Counted from the stretch's first letter, positions 11,101 through 19,142 are shown. The stretch is 64,000 nucleotides of DNA from Endomicrobiales bacterium (GCA_963794945.1 CAWCFT010000018.1:1-64000); one strand, 5' to 3'. The notes: generated from the sequence alone by a model not told the origin. Made by a program: numbers and translations.

Positions 11101-12631
11101 CCTCCATATTACCCAATAGCTCATAGCCGCTCTGTGCCATAGCCGCCGCAACCCAGGCGCCTACCTGCTCATCGCGCCTGCCGCGCTGGCCTGAGGTTCC
11201 CAACTTAATAACGTCGAATTTTTTAGATACTTCGTACACCGTGCCGTCATCCGCAACCACCTTCTTATTTGGGTTAGCGTCCGCAACTTTATATGTTTTT
11301 TTTGCGATATCGGCGTAAGGCTGTTCCCATGACATCTTTTCAGTTACAGCCCTTGCCTTAAGCAATAATGTACTTAGGTCTTTTTCATTATTATTAGCCT
11401 TGATGTCATTTTCCAGAGTTGCAAGAAGTTTTTTGCGTTCCTTAAGACTATTTTTAAGTATCTCTTCCCCTTTCATTTTTGTGAAATCTTCGCTGTTGAG
11501 AGCGGTCAAATCAAGAAGAAGCTTGATCTCAAGCTCCTTGAAACGCTCATAGTAAGCGGAAAGATACCCGGCCTGTGCAGCGTTACTATTGAAACGTACT
11601 GTTTGTTTTAATTGATAAAAACATTCAAAATAACTGTTGAAATATTCATTGCACAGCTTATAGATGTCACGAACTTCTGGATATGCGAATTTTAGTACTT
11701 TATACTCCAATTTACTGCGTTCAAATTCTCCAAGAATGGTTTCGTTATTCGCTTTTTCCCAGTTGCGCAATATTCGCTCGTAGGGGGTTCCCTGGTAGAT
11801 CCTCATAGTATTGAGAGGCGCAACCATTGTGGGAAGTATACCTGATTTCTGTATGAACAGAGCGTTCTCGCGCAGTTCCTGTTTGGTAACCAATGGATCG
11901 AACATTATAAAGCCAGATTGTATCTGAAGGTTATGCTTACGTAATATTTGAATAGCTTTCTGGGCTGTTTCCGGAGGTGCCCCCTTTCCAAAACGTTTCA
12001 GCTGTGATTTTGACCCCGACTCTACTCCCAAAAATACCGTTCTCAATCCGATGTCATATAACATATCCAACTCTTGTTCGATGAGCGCCTGCAATTGTGG
12101 ATCCTCAACTGAAATAGCGTCTACGCGCGCATTACAGTAAAATCCAATGTCTTTCAGGTTTTCTTTTTTTAGCAGTTGTGTAAATTTTATAATGCGTTCC
12201 ACATTTTCCCGGTCATTGCCTAAAAACTCTTCATCTGAAAAAATAATAGACCTTGCACCAAGGCCATAGAGCTGCCTGATATCCGTTATCACATTTTCCA
12301 CTGGCCGCTGTGTCCAGTAGCCCTTTGGATTGCCCCAGAATTGATGTACTGAGCAGAAAGTACATCTTCCCCAGGGACATGCCCTTCCATTTTCCACATA
12401 AACATTACCGCCAAGCTTGATGACCTTATCAATACCCGAGTAATCAGGCCGTACGTATTCTCCAAGGTCAGAAATTCTTTCCCTTTTCGTATAGATTGTC
12501 TTCCCATTTTCCAAATAGGCGATATTCCTTACATCCTGCAAGCTTCTGGTACCATTGACATATTCTACAAGGTCATGAGCGGCAAGCTCCCCTTCTCCAA
12601 CTACACAAATAGCTTTGGGGTATTTTGCCAA
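5138..12631 (-). CDS. Giant protein A fragment 2: radical SAM domain, phosphoglucomutase/phosphomannomutase domain, SAM-methyltransferase-like domain, unknown domains
   Basis: Radical SAM motifs GRACPWGRCTFC, FSDEEF, LGVESGS. PGM motifs GTSGQRG, TPSHNP, DGDGDR, IRPSGT. Motif-I-like ILELGHGAG. Confidence 0.85.
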   Translation of the reverse strand: MAKYPKAICVVGEGELAAHDLVEYVNGTRSLQDVRNIAYLENGKTIYTKRERISDLGEYVRPDYSGIDKVIKLGGNVYVENGRACPWGRCTFCSVHQFWGNPKGYWTQRPVENVITDIRQLYGLGARSIIFSDEEFLGNDRENVERIIKFTQLLKKENLKDIGFYCNARVDAISVEDPQLQALIEQELDMLYDIGLRTVFLGVESGSKSQLKRFGKGAPPETAQKAIQILRKHNLQIQSGFIMFDPLVTKQELRENALFIQKSGILPTMVAPLNTMRIYQGTPYERILRNWEKANNETILGEFERSKLEYKVLKFAYPEVRDIYKLCNEYFNSYFECFYQLKQTVRFNSNAAQAGYLSAYYERFKELEIKLLLDLTALNSEDFTKMKGEEILKNSLKERKKLLATLENDIKANNNEKDLSTLLLKARAVTEKMSWEQPYADIAKKTYKVADANPNKKVVADDGTVYEVSKKFDVIKLGTSGQRGRRDEQVGAWVAAAMAQSGYELLGNMEEFKGKDKYIIIGGDPRPNNEMYKEEEARIALANGFKVIFFKGVMPTGIGALMVRFGKDIFDLGENGVIVGVFNNTPSHNPQSDDGIKFNPGGKYQGALISTELSVPLQERANEIINTGTGVKRFAGDFSKDKNFQFVDTAKVIEYTANRMKDFIDVDMIKRAAKEKGFSWSFTTQNGAAGPWAKGIFDAILPGIVDIMKEEPLSDFGGLESGPNTEKYLQLQYLSDEVVKKKQDGGGATDGDGDRLYFVDEHGSRLKFYEACVLLHWYTQNIRKTGGILATCTDGTDMCEKIGPVAERTKIGFKEFQELLKNENISIAFEMGSGGLTAGKALDKKGIGWELDKDGLIAQALFMEMAAWGKMNGLTISQMLENLYKKYGNYYQPDTESIYFPKEITKKKKDEFWGRVMKGLEAQIGTGEIFGRKILRVDRLDGVKIYFEEKQSGAEYWVLIRPSGTGLEGRAYAGVFTPGTMEVTKAFTEELVKARNDFILKLYDKSLKAMQDEGSFLKENQDENVPQIAAVHDEDEASIPAQGEEGTAPQAGWFRAGMTAALLTLTGANAVGEVLSQQAQIQLMADDQISKVTAVAFITTITIIVLIDTIYGNLLHKSKIDVLKARISQYQTLTPIPKSTLHRHLAEKSDIQPEDSWQSLPKFVPGNGMQREISKPDETEGNTVEREIIYKETAKKPHLSEEEQEIVTSLQIDISNRLFPYSREAREVILSALESVPEKKAYGPDSPFWKFLSLFELNEVLPREDARAAYLVLAGKQYINDGYIGLKELVMDYVKDQGIFAGINERDFAAMHDNNSTLYEVTRKSDKFNAVMALEYSNIPQEAKIAFLKAMRIAFISGATPSVFERAYKTLKDSGIDPAGITRPEFEFAYKSLRDPHYEPKNLDELDSAEKISKVLITLELCADNKIYPQSGILNQTPDEVVKYGLEFFGLLPVNRLYETIDDAVLYKQKLLLDLKTLKDKLHINTAREGLEKLKDMKNTRNITAGNGEFEKPALGVVINTAVTEALAAAGIKSAEKLADAICQTIMLNVIFSTVRVPSIKYPATTINGVKVTTYQGNYPAGSMYISPGVYGYASITDAGEIFVSEGFWENFKTDAEHGAMIRHEQNEMDALKGNNKEFNAYKAQHPKITNPIETYHSFVKEKTKTDPSLADELALIENAENLIKAAVLNTQIEITSELTALIPGINLTRKMMPIAELALFIKDNNSFKTTNPLISPKELSEAGYKADIDQARRDGIIINFPIQAQDDKFSVLNGLAGDNTRSLDITARDAFYLALNSGHTQKPQILELGHGAGHAVSDMFILSRAAGYTPEIDTVGLSPFAPSYLLRMKASEIIDWLKQFAAANPKAALPGMREYVGAAANRELNRINFDATPVSHLLGFFVRDDSQMPLKLIFSMQKQGCQIFDVLSKPAVRNQYLGFFEDPRALIHHKYDYIHEDCGPLYYTDENTVNPVFEKIISLLSDNGVFYSSRGMAAAQFPKDFHAPENAIVIAQGNKNSASAGQFITFKKDSALASLMQQYLISHAWRHPNGVYLVSDVRGLLQEITEKYLPAVNAPNLEAKPANAFYYTQKQLMDSVAFAVADKKIMSPYLTSYFRSFLQTVNPQGKPDKTIGYAFAGPDILTAYFETNFKTAYFYDKQKVSKEILDVQLRTWNHRIEVLDLQNYYSNGFYFFSEFEDLTELYIIQQLRLLGVRKEDVRTGYDEKGRPQLTFRLSGDDVERFVIFVNQDMTNIGDELNSEMAGKLDVFIQKATMEVQDKDFRYLNTVQPWVKTGGFMLLNDNSRDSRIGYNFDPVLGRQYTKVNNRSLQDAREELLKHNDLKYGSSMVVYQRNAQEIEVNNSSAKKRRFITGAKITVLALVFTMLSMFTLGVRPGSAQATLPVQPGQAQYAPKIDAQQSKVYEALLGVMKDAQKNGSLPSSFVPRPEYVNSDGSIKPEAFAGFSARNDTDAEMRVIAKYGSLTYDAAGCAYSAYALR

Positions 12632-12638
12632 AAGGCCA

Positions 12639-15353
12639 TCAGTATCGAACGTAGGTATATTTTTCCCCCAGAACTAGAAGCGGCATCTCTTCCGCAAACA
12701 GGCGCTCAAACAATTGCAGAATTAACTCGTCTAAAGACTGTGTTGCCCCAATCGGAACGGAAAAGCCCAATATCTTGGGCCTTATTTCTGCGATCCGGTC
12801 AGCTAACTGTGCGTATTCTCCCGCGTTCATTGTTTGAGTATCAAAAAGATGCGGTGCAACTGAAGGGAAAGCGTGTTTAAGATATCCAACAAGAGAATAT
12901 AGGCCTGATGGGGAATGGATAATATCCGTATATCTGGATGAAGTTAAATTGACGAATACAAAATTTATAACCTGTTCTATATTCGAAATAGCCTTGAGCG
13001 AGTTCGACATCTTTGTTGACAGGAAATTATCGTTGGCACTCGCTTCTGGTTTATCAGTCTGGGGAGAAAGCCCTGTCAGCTCAAGAAGGATAATGGCCAA
13101 TACTTTTTTTACAATATTTGATTCATTTTTAAGCGTGTTTATAGCATTTAAGCGTGCAAGTATCATGTTTTGAGCGGAATCAGGCAGGCTGGCTATGTCT
13201 TCAAGGGGTATCCCTTCAATATCATTTCGAAGTTCGGGATTGTTCTTAATGATCTCATCTATCCCATGTATTAAACCATAACCTGTTACATAATTCTCTC
13301 TTTCTGCAAACATGAACAGGTTTTTTAAAATAGAATATGTGTTAGGGCACAATGTGCCAAAATCGGCAGTATCTAAAGCGCCGGTTAGCAAGCTGTTTAG
13401 AACATTAAGAGCTACATTAACGGAAACAGCCGCTTGCGCTTTCATCTCACCTGTAAATGTTATCTCTTTTACTGTGCCTCCGGTTTCTTCTCTGGTTATA
13501 TTTATAGTTCTATTATTAGCAAGTTCTATCGTTCCATTTGCAAAAGACGCTGATTTTACATTATTTTCTCCCAGAGCGTCTTTGATGGCTTTAACCAGCG
13601 CATCGAACTTATCCTGTGTTAGCGCCGACCCTGACAACTGATGCCTTGCTGCTTCCGACATTAACCTGACAAGCGCGTCCGTTTTCAATTCCGAAGCTAT
13701 AGCCAGCGCTAGGCTGTTGGTTCTGAATTGCGCATTCTCTTCTAAAATTTTTGCCTGTTCCTTGGCGGATTCCGCGTATAACAGGCTTGAACTTTTCGTA
13801 CTCTGGCTGATATTAGGAGTTATCGTTATATATGACAACCCTTTGTCTTCCGCTATTTTCTTTAATCCTTGAGTGTGGAACCCTCCGGTTACTATAACCA
13901 CTATTTCGGAATTTTTAAGCAGCCCTGAAATTGTAGTATTCTTAGCTGACGGTTCTGGTACACTTTTCCCCGAAACCTGAAACTCGGAACTCGGAACTGT
14001 TTTTAATTCTGTTATATTTTTAACAAAACATTCATTCCTTTTACAATTTGTGTCATAAAATTCATTAAGCAAAGTAAAATCTTCACTGAGCTCTGAGACC
14101 CTGTCCCTGAAAGCGTATTTTGACCAGATGTCCTTGAATTTCCCGAAACGCTCAACAAAATACCCGTAATCATCCGCTGATATCTTATTGGATACATAAT
14201 CTTTGAAATACCCGAAGAAATCGTTTAAGAACGATACTTCCAGCTCGCCTATATCGTTTGCAAATCCCACCCGTATCTCTTCGACAAGGCGCCTCTGTTC
14301 TTCAATCAGTTTTATCGGGTTGACGCCTCTGCTTTTTTCGTTATAATCGAAGAACTGCTTAAGGTCAGGATAACTGCTCCCAATATCAAGCCTGTACTCG
14401 CCGGCTATCTTTGAAAGGCAAACGTAAAGCTCGTCAAGTTTTGAAAAGTTATCGGTCTTTTCGGCCATATCGTTGTAAACACCGTAGGGCACATCTCTCT
14501 TTACGGCTTGAACGAAATTCGACAGTTCTCCGGATATTTTTGGGTACTTTAAAGACCTGCCAAGCTCCATAAGCTCCAGGTAACCGCTTATGTTTGGATA
14601 ATTGTTCATGTCGATGCTTAGCAGGTTGTTGTATTCCCCGGGGCTGGAATTTATATTACGCGCGTATTTGCACAACAGCCTGTAGAATTTTTCGGCTGGC
14701 ATCTTGCCGCTCTTATATTCCTCTATCGAGCGGTTAAACCTCTTGTTCCGTGAGTTAAAATATTTGGCCTCCATTACCTGCAGGTCTTTTTCCAGGCCCT
14801 TGATCTTGTTGTTAAAGAATTCCTGTTTGTCCAGTATTTTACCGAGCCTGACAATGTTGGCTTCATGTACGTTCCGGTCTTCTATGCCTTTCAGCAAGCC
14901 CGGCCTGTTTGATTTGACAGAATAATATTCCGAGCCGGTCAGCTTGCCTTCATTAATAAGGTTCTCAATTATTGTTTCCTTTAATTCTTTATCTTTTATA
15001 TTGCAAAGCCATGACGTGTCTACGTCCCCATAAGCGCCTTCCACATACACTTTCTTTAATCCGTATTTCGCATCAAGTTCGCTTAGTATCTTTGCTATGT
15101 TCCTCTGCACCTCGGCATGGCAGTGGAGGTCCTGAATGTTAACTATAACCCGATTGGACCGAGTGCCCGCAGGCGCGGCGGAGAAATCAGTAACCCTGCC
15201 AATGCTCTGCCCGATAACCTGTTCTTCCGCCAAAGGCTTAACTTTACCGGATTCCCCGGACATGTCGACAGCGGCGTGGACAGCCTGCCCAAATACGAAC
15301 GACACTAGAAAACATGCCGTTGTAATGACCGCGATTAGTTTTTTGTAGTTCAT
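12639..15353 (-). CDS. Giant protein A fragment 1: signal peptide, conserved N-terminal IQDLHCH...GGFH domain, start of cobalamin-binding domain
   Basis: MNYKKLIAVITTACFLVSFVFGQAVHA; clear paralogy to the ORF at 24310. C-terminal PSGLYSLVGYLK...RPKILGFSV...LVLGG resembles a B12-binding domain and continues across a G5A5 run. Confidence 0.85.
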   Translation of the reverse strand: MNYKKLIAVITTACFLVSFVFGQAVHAAVDMSGESGKVKPLAEEQVIGQSIGRVTDFSAAPAGTRSNRVIVNIQDLHCHAEVQRNIAKILSELDAKYGLKKVYVEGAYGDVDTSWLCNIKDKELKETIIENLINEGKLTGSEYYSVKSNRPGLLKGIEDRNVHEANIVRLGKILDKQEFFNNKIKGLEKDLQVMEAKYFNSRNKRFNRSIEEYKSGKMPAEKFYRLLCKYARNINSSPGEYNNLLSIDMNNYPNISGYLELMELGRSLKYPKISGELSNFVQAVKRDVPYGVYNDMAEKTDNFSKLDELYVCLSKIAGEYRLDIGSSYPDLKQFFDYNEKSRGVNPIKLIEEQRRLVEEIRVGFANDIGELEVSFLNDFFGYFKDYVSNKISADDYGYFVERFGKFKDIWSKYAFRDRVSELSEDFTLLNEFYDTNCKRNECFVKNITELKTVPSSEFQVSGKSVPEPSAKNTTISGLLKNSEIVVIVTGGFHTQGLKKIAEDKGLSYITITPNISQSTKSSSLLYAESAKEQAKILEENAQFRTNSLALAIASELKTDALVRLMSEAARHQLSGSALTQDKFDALVKAIKDALGENNVKSASFANGTIELANNRTINITREETGGTVKEITFTGEMKAQAAVSVNVALNVLNSLLTGALDTADFGTLCPNTYSILKNLFMFAERENYVTGYGLIHGIDEIIKNNPELRNDIEGIPLEDIASLPDSAQNMILARLNAINTLKNESNIVKKVLAIILLELTGLSPQTDKPEASANDNFLSTKMSNSLKAISNIEQVINFVFVNLTSSRYTDIIHSPSGLYSLVGYLKHAFPSVAPHLFDTQTMNAGEYAQLADRIAEIRPKILGFSVPIGATQSLDELILQLFERLFAEEMPLLVLGEKYTYVRY
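13968..13998. repeat. Short 7-nt tandem repeat (GAAACCT/GAAACTC/GGAACTC) inside giant gene A
   Basis: cccgaaacctgaaactcggaactcggaactg, encoding TVPSSEFQVSG. Confidence 0.5.
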
Positions 15354-15389
15354 TACAACCTCCACAGATATTAAGTCTTGTATTTTGAT

Positions 15390-15474
15390 ATATCCGCCTT
15401 TTCGGCGGGTTATTTCCCGCGATGCGATCACGGGAAATAAAAAAACCCGATCGCGCTTTATGCGCAACCGGGCG
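15390..15474 (-). promoter_or_regulatory. Conserved three-hairpin leader RNA (attenuator-like) upstream of giant gene A
   Basis: Minus strand: P1 CCCGGTTGCGC-ATAAA-GCGCGATCGGG then T7; P2 TTATTTCCCGTGAT-CGC-ATCGCGGGAAATAA; P3 ACCCGCC-GAAAA-GGCGGAT. Same layout at 24224-24293. Confidence 0.75.
15436..15472 (-). terminator. Intrinsic terminator-like hairpin containing the leader ORF stop codon
   Basis: 11-bp stem (two G-U pairs), TAA in the loop, followed by TTTTTTTATTT. Confidence 0.7.
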
Positions 15475-15973
15475 TGCAGATCCTGATAATAGCTATCTCT
15501 GCAGGAAGATTGCCCCTGGACAGCAACACGAAATACATAAGTAAGAATATACTTATAAACCCGCCATAGTGCTCATTCTGTTTCTCACCCGGCGGGCTGC
15601 CGTTTGAAACTTGAGCCCTGAAATTCTCTAACAATTTGCCATTATCCTTACTTAGGTTTTTGCTTATGTATTTGGCCATACTCTTAGAAACAGCGTAAAC
15701 ACATGAGGTATTGTTACTATCAGTCCCCTGGGTGTCTTTATTGTGCCTATATTCGGGCTTCAGCGGCTCTCCGTTCTTTACCATATCCGCTACTGCCCGG
15801 CACGGCAAACCTATATTCCCAATGAAGTTAAATACCGGTGACTGTATATCGCCGCAATTAGGCAAAAAGCCGCCAGGTTCGGCCAAAACAGCGCCTAAAC
15901 CCGCGAGACCGTTCACCAGCAGGCACAATACAATTAATAAAACAATTCGTTTTTTCATTCTTAGTTCCGGCAT
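15458..15973 (-). CDS. Leader/accessory membrane protein upstream of giant gene A (start may be 15958, MKKRIVLL)
   Basis: N-terminal signal/TM segment; C-terminal GSPPG...FISIFLLMYFVLLSRGNLPA. Paralogous layout to 23750-24241. Confidence 0.7.
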   Translation of the reverse strand: MPELRMKKRIVLLIVLCLLVNGLAGLGAVLAEPGGFLPNCGDIQSPVFNFIGNIGLPCRAVADMVKNGEPLKPEYRHNKDTQGTDSNNTSCVYAVSKSMAKYISKNLSKDNGKLLENFRAQVSNGSPPGEKQNEHYGGFISIFLLMYFVLLSRGNLPAEIAIIRICTPGCA

Positions 15974-16059
15974 AAGTATACTGTTTGGTGATATTACCCT
16001 AAATTGATGAAAAAAATGAAAATATCTTGTGATATTATTGTAAAAAACGTTTGCGAAAT

Positions 16060-16088
16060 ATTATAGGGCTATTCCGCTGGAAATACAA
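16060..16088 (-). promoter_or_regulatory. Sigma70-type promoter for leader A / giant gene A
   Basis: TTGTAT-N17-TATAAT on the minus strand. Confidence 0.65.
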
Positions 16089-16120
16089 GGGCTGTATATT
16101 GTTTTAAAAAATTGGGGGCT

Positions 16121-16642
16121 TTATTTAGACTGCTCGGCTTCCAGCTTATTAAAAGCTTTTTCAGCGTTTTCTTTAATGTATTTTTTTACGCTTTCGCTCA
16201 GTTCACTTACCTGTCCGGCCATGTTTTTCAGGTCTTCAATATTAAGCGCCGCAAGGGAATAGGCTGTTTTGCCGTTATCCCAGCGGTCCGTTATCTTTAT
16301 GCCTGAAACGGTGTTTGAGGCGAATGTTTTGACTGTATTTTCAATGTATTGTTCACCACTTGTTTTCTCGGGGTCAGTGGCTGAAGTTGAGGCCATATAA
16401 TCACGCATCAGAGAAGTTGACATAACCGATATTTGCTTAGACACCTCGGCTATCGCGCGGTTGTCAGCGGTAGTACGCCTTAGGGCCGCGGAATTCACTC
16501 CTTCAACTATGCCAACACCGTAAAGCACCTTTTTCTCTTTAGGGAATGCGCCCGCGCCCTTAGTTACCCAAGCGGGCTTACCGCCGCCAGTCGCACAACC
16601 AAAAAGAAAAAATGCACTCATAATCAAAAGCGTTTTCTTCAT
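16121..16642 (-). CDS. LPP20-family lipoprotein
   Basis: Lipobox FLFGC, PAWV motif, ADNRAIAEVSKQI; GGAGG RBS. Confidence 0.75.
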   Translation of the reverse strand: MKKTLLIMSAFFLFGCATGGGKPAWVTKGAGAFPKEKKVLYGVGIVEGVNSAALRRTTADNRAIAEVSKQISVMSTSLMRDYMASTSATDPEKTSGEQYIENTVKTFASNTVSGIKITDRWDNGKTAYSLAALNIEDLKNMAGQVSELSESVKKYIKENAEKAFNKLEAEQSK

Positions 16643-16711
16643 GATATCCTCCCTTTAATGGCCTTTCCAGACAGCGGCTAGTATTGAAAAACCGGACTAT
16701 CGTTAACTTGT

Positions 16712-18124
16712 TTATTGAGCTGAACGGACTACGACAAAAGTTTTTTTGCCAGGCTTTATCATTACATCTCCAATCAGGCGCGACGAAACTTCCATGCCTG
16801 CCTTATCGAAATATTTTATGTTAACCGGATGCTGCCCCTGGGGCAGGATCAGGCGGGTAACTATGATCTTATCAGGCAGAGAACGCCATGAGCGTTTATC
16901 CGCAAGCTCTGTCGCTGTCGAGGCAGCCGTTAAAAGCTTTTTCGCGAGCCACCCGGACAACTCCCCGCTTGACTGCTCCACTTTCTGGCTTATGTTCCTG
17001 GCCAGCGCGAACTTTATAACAGACCTTACAATGGCCTTTATGCGGATCCTTGCTATCCTGTCATCAAGGCTTTTCTCGGCTATCCTGCCTATATCTTCGG
17101 CTATCTCGCCTTTTGCTGTCGCGATACCCGCCACAGATGCCTCAAGCCCCGTTATCTGATATTTTACCGGAACATACTTGGGGAAAGCCATCCTCACTTG
17201 CTCATCTGAGGCTATTGACCTCGCTATCGCCCCTGCCTGCTGCACCTGCTCCTGTTCGTCACCCTTCGCGTCAACCTGGCCTACATACGCCCATCCCCAG
17301 CCAAAACTGAATTCGAAGAAACTGTCTATCTTTTCAGGTGAAAAACCGTTATAGTCAAGCAGGACAAGCTCGCCGTAACCAGCCGGGATTTTCACCGGTT
17401 CCACGTTCTTATAATTGTTCCTTATTTCTTGTATTTCATCGCTGAACCCCAGTATATCGGCTGTCCTGATGGCATCGCTGATAAGCTCTTTGGGAGTCGT
17501 CACGCCGTAATCTTTAACATACTGCTTGTAAGCTTCCAGAGCCTGCCTGTACGATATATATGCGTCGTTTGTCTCGCCCTCATTTTCGTAGAGCATGCCC
17601 ATCAGGTAGCGGACGAACGCGTCTTCTTTGTAGACACTTTTATGGCCGTAGTTGGTCTGAAGTGTTTTAAGCAGCTGGTCAGCCTGCCTTGCCTCGACAA
17701 GGGCTTCCTGCTCCTGGCCAAGCATGATATAATTCAAAGATGAAAAAACATTTACCATAGCCCGTTCAAAATCTTCGCCGTAATACGGGCGCATGTTGTC
17801 GCTTATAAGGAAAGTTGAAGCTTCTGTAGTGACGCTTTTAGTAAAAAGGCTGAGCGAGAGCTTTTTTGCCCGTTCAAAAGCCTGGTTGCTTTCGGTGTAG
17901 TTGCCCGCAAGCTGGAGAAGCATGCCGCGGTCAAGATAATACATCAGCGCGTTTTTCTGGCCGTAGATGTCTTCCTTAGATTTTTCAGTTAGTGCGGCCG
18001 CGTCAGCGTATTTTTCTCTTGAAACAAGGCCGTTAAGCTCAGTGTAATACGCCGACCTTGTCGCGCAGGAGGCAATAAAGACAAGCGACACCAGCGAACA
18101 TTTCAATATCTTTGAATATAACAT
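16712..18124 (-). CDS. COG3014-like TPR lipoprotein
   Basis: Lipobox FIASC; YYGEDFERAM, ALVEARQ, ADKRSWRSLP motifs; typical neighbour of LpoB and LPP20 genes. Confidence 0.75.
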   Translation of the reverse strand: MLYSKILKCSLVSLVFIASCATRSAYYTELNGLVSREKYADAAALTEKSKEDIYGQKNALMYYLDRGMLLQLAGNYTESNQAFERAKKLSLSLFTKSVTTEASTFLISDNMRPYYGEDFERAMVNVFSSLNYIMLGQEQEALVEARQADQLLKTLQTNYGHKSVYKEDAFVRYLMGMLYENEGETNDAYISYRQALEAYKQYVKDYGVTTPKELISDAIRTADILGFSDEIQEIRNNYKNVEPVKIPAGYGELVLLDYNGFSPEKIDSFFEFSFGWGWAYVGQVDAKGDEQEQVQQAGAIARSIASDEQVRMAFPKYVPVKYQITGLEASVAGIATAKGEIAEDIGRIAEKSLDDRIARIRIKAIVRSVIKFALARNISQKVEQSSGELSGWLAKKLLTAASTATELADKRSWRSLPDKIIVTRLILPQGQHPVNIKYFDKAGMEVSSRLIGDVMIKPGKKTFVVVRSAQ

Positions 18125-18148
18125 TGATACCTCAAAACAAGAGAAAGC

Positions 18149-18248
18149 TCAAAGGTTCAAAAGTTCAAGGGTTAAAATGTAGATTTCAAAACCAGTACTT
18201 GATCTTGAAATTTTACCAGCGGTTATCCTTGAACCTTTGAACTTTGAA
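18149..18248. repeat. Intergenic imperfect inverted repeat built from 7-8 nt TTGAAC(C/T)T units
   Basis: Left arm tcaaaggttcaaaagttcaagg; right arm ccttgaacctttgaactttga. Confidence 0.6.
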
Positions 18249-18269
18249 TTTTTTATCTGTATTATATGT

Positions 18270-18872
18270 TTAGAATTTTGATCCCGGCCGTTTAATGAAT
18301 TTCTTTATTTTTTTCTGGCCGATCCAGACTTTTTCGTTCGTTAGCATATCAATAAGCTCGAGGTCGACCTGATAATACTTGACCTCTTTGTTGCCGGCTT
18401 CGTCTTCTATTGAATTGATCTGTCCTTTGAGCATGAAGTCAGCGCCATATTCATGGCCATTGGCTTTAGCGGTCGCAGGTTCGGCGTTTACAGCCTGTTC
18501 GGCGCGTTCATCGCGCACTTCGCCGCGCTGCTCTTTCGACGCCACAAAACCTATACGGCCAGAATTGATCAGTTCCCTCTCAAGGTCTTTAATGAAAGGT
18601 TCGGTGTTGATGTGTTCCATGCTCTTGTTGGCCACGGTCCCGACTATAACGCGCGGTTTCGTGTTCTTGGCTGTCTGGAAATCGCTTACCCACGGTCTTG
18701 AAAGGACGTCCGCAATCATCTCTTTCGAGACAAGCTGCGAATCGGTGTCGTTCCAGTTCCCCGAAAGGTCGATCTGCGCCGAGACATCTTCCCTCGTAAC
18801 TTTAGGCGTAGAAGCGCACGACGCCAGAGAAAATACCACTGCTGCTGCAGTAAAACAAAAAAATTTACGCAT
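18270..18872 (-). CDS. lpoB: Penicillin-binding protein activator LpoB-family lipoprotein
   Basis: Lipobox LASC; DLSGNWNDTDSQLV, NKSMEHI, GADFMLKGQI, YYQVDLELID...KVWIG; AGGAGG RBS. Confidence 0.75.
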   Translation of the reverse strand: MRKFFCFTAAAVVFSLASCASTPKVTREDVSAQIDLSGNWNDTDSQLVSKEMIADVLSRPWVSDFQTAKNTKPRVIVGTVANKSMEHINTEPFIKDLERELINSGRIGFVASKEQRGEVRDERAEQAVNAEPATAKANGHEYGADFMLKGQINSIEDEAGNKEVKYYQVDLELIDMLTNEKVWIGQKKIKKFIKRPGSKF

Positions 18873-18935
18873 TTTATTCCTCCTTGTATTATATTGAAAA
18901 TATTTCCATAAGTTTCATCGCCAGTTGAAAATACA

Positions 18936-19142
18936 TTATATCCTGTTCTTTCCGGTAACGGATTTTTCCCTGTTGACACTAAAGGGGCCAAAAACTTTTT
19001 GGATACCTGTTAAGAATTTTATATATTCGTCCAATGAATGTGAGCATTTAACATTTATGTCCCTTGCTTTAGCAAACATCTTTTTTCTGTAGGGGCTATA
19101 AGCATCTTCGATCATTTCCTTTTTTTCTTCGTTACTTAACAT
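18936..19142 (-). CDS. Small hypothetical protein, probable partner of the upstream nucleotidyltransferase
   Basis: 68 aa; start overlaps the upstream stop; MLSNEEKKEM...SLDEYIKFL. Confidence 0.6.
   Translation of the reverse strand: MLSNEEKKEMIEDAYSPYRKKMFAKARDINVKCSHSLDEYIKFLTGIQKVFGPFSVNREKSVTGKNRI

Larger units (their letters stand above)
1..15353 (-). other. Giant gene A, reconstructed across 5 frameshifts; >5,100 aa multidomain protein, 3' end beyond the window
   Basis: Consecutive minus-strand ORFs abut or overlap, and domains continue across each break (~12660, ~5165, ~4760, ~4245, ~1350). ATG at 15353 has GGAGG upstream. The last frame is open to position 1. Confidence 0.8.

Noticed and set aside
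181..15348. Numerous short plus-strand ORFs opposite giant gene A, and minus-strand ORFs opposite gene B and the efflux genes
   Set aside because: These are antisense shadows of long coding frames with no recognisable motifs.
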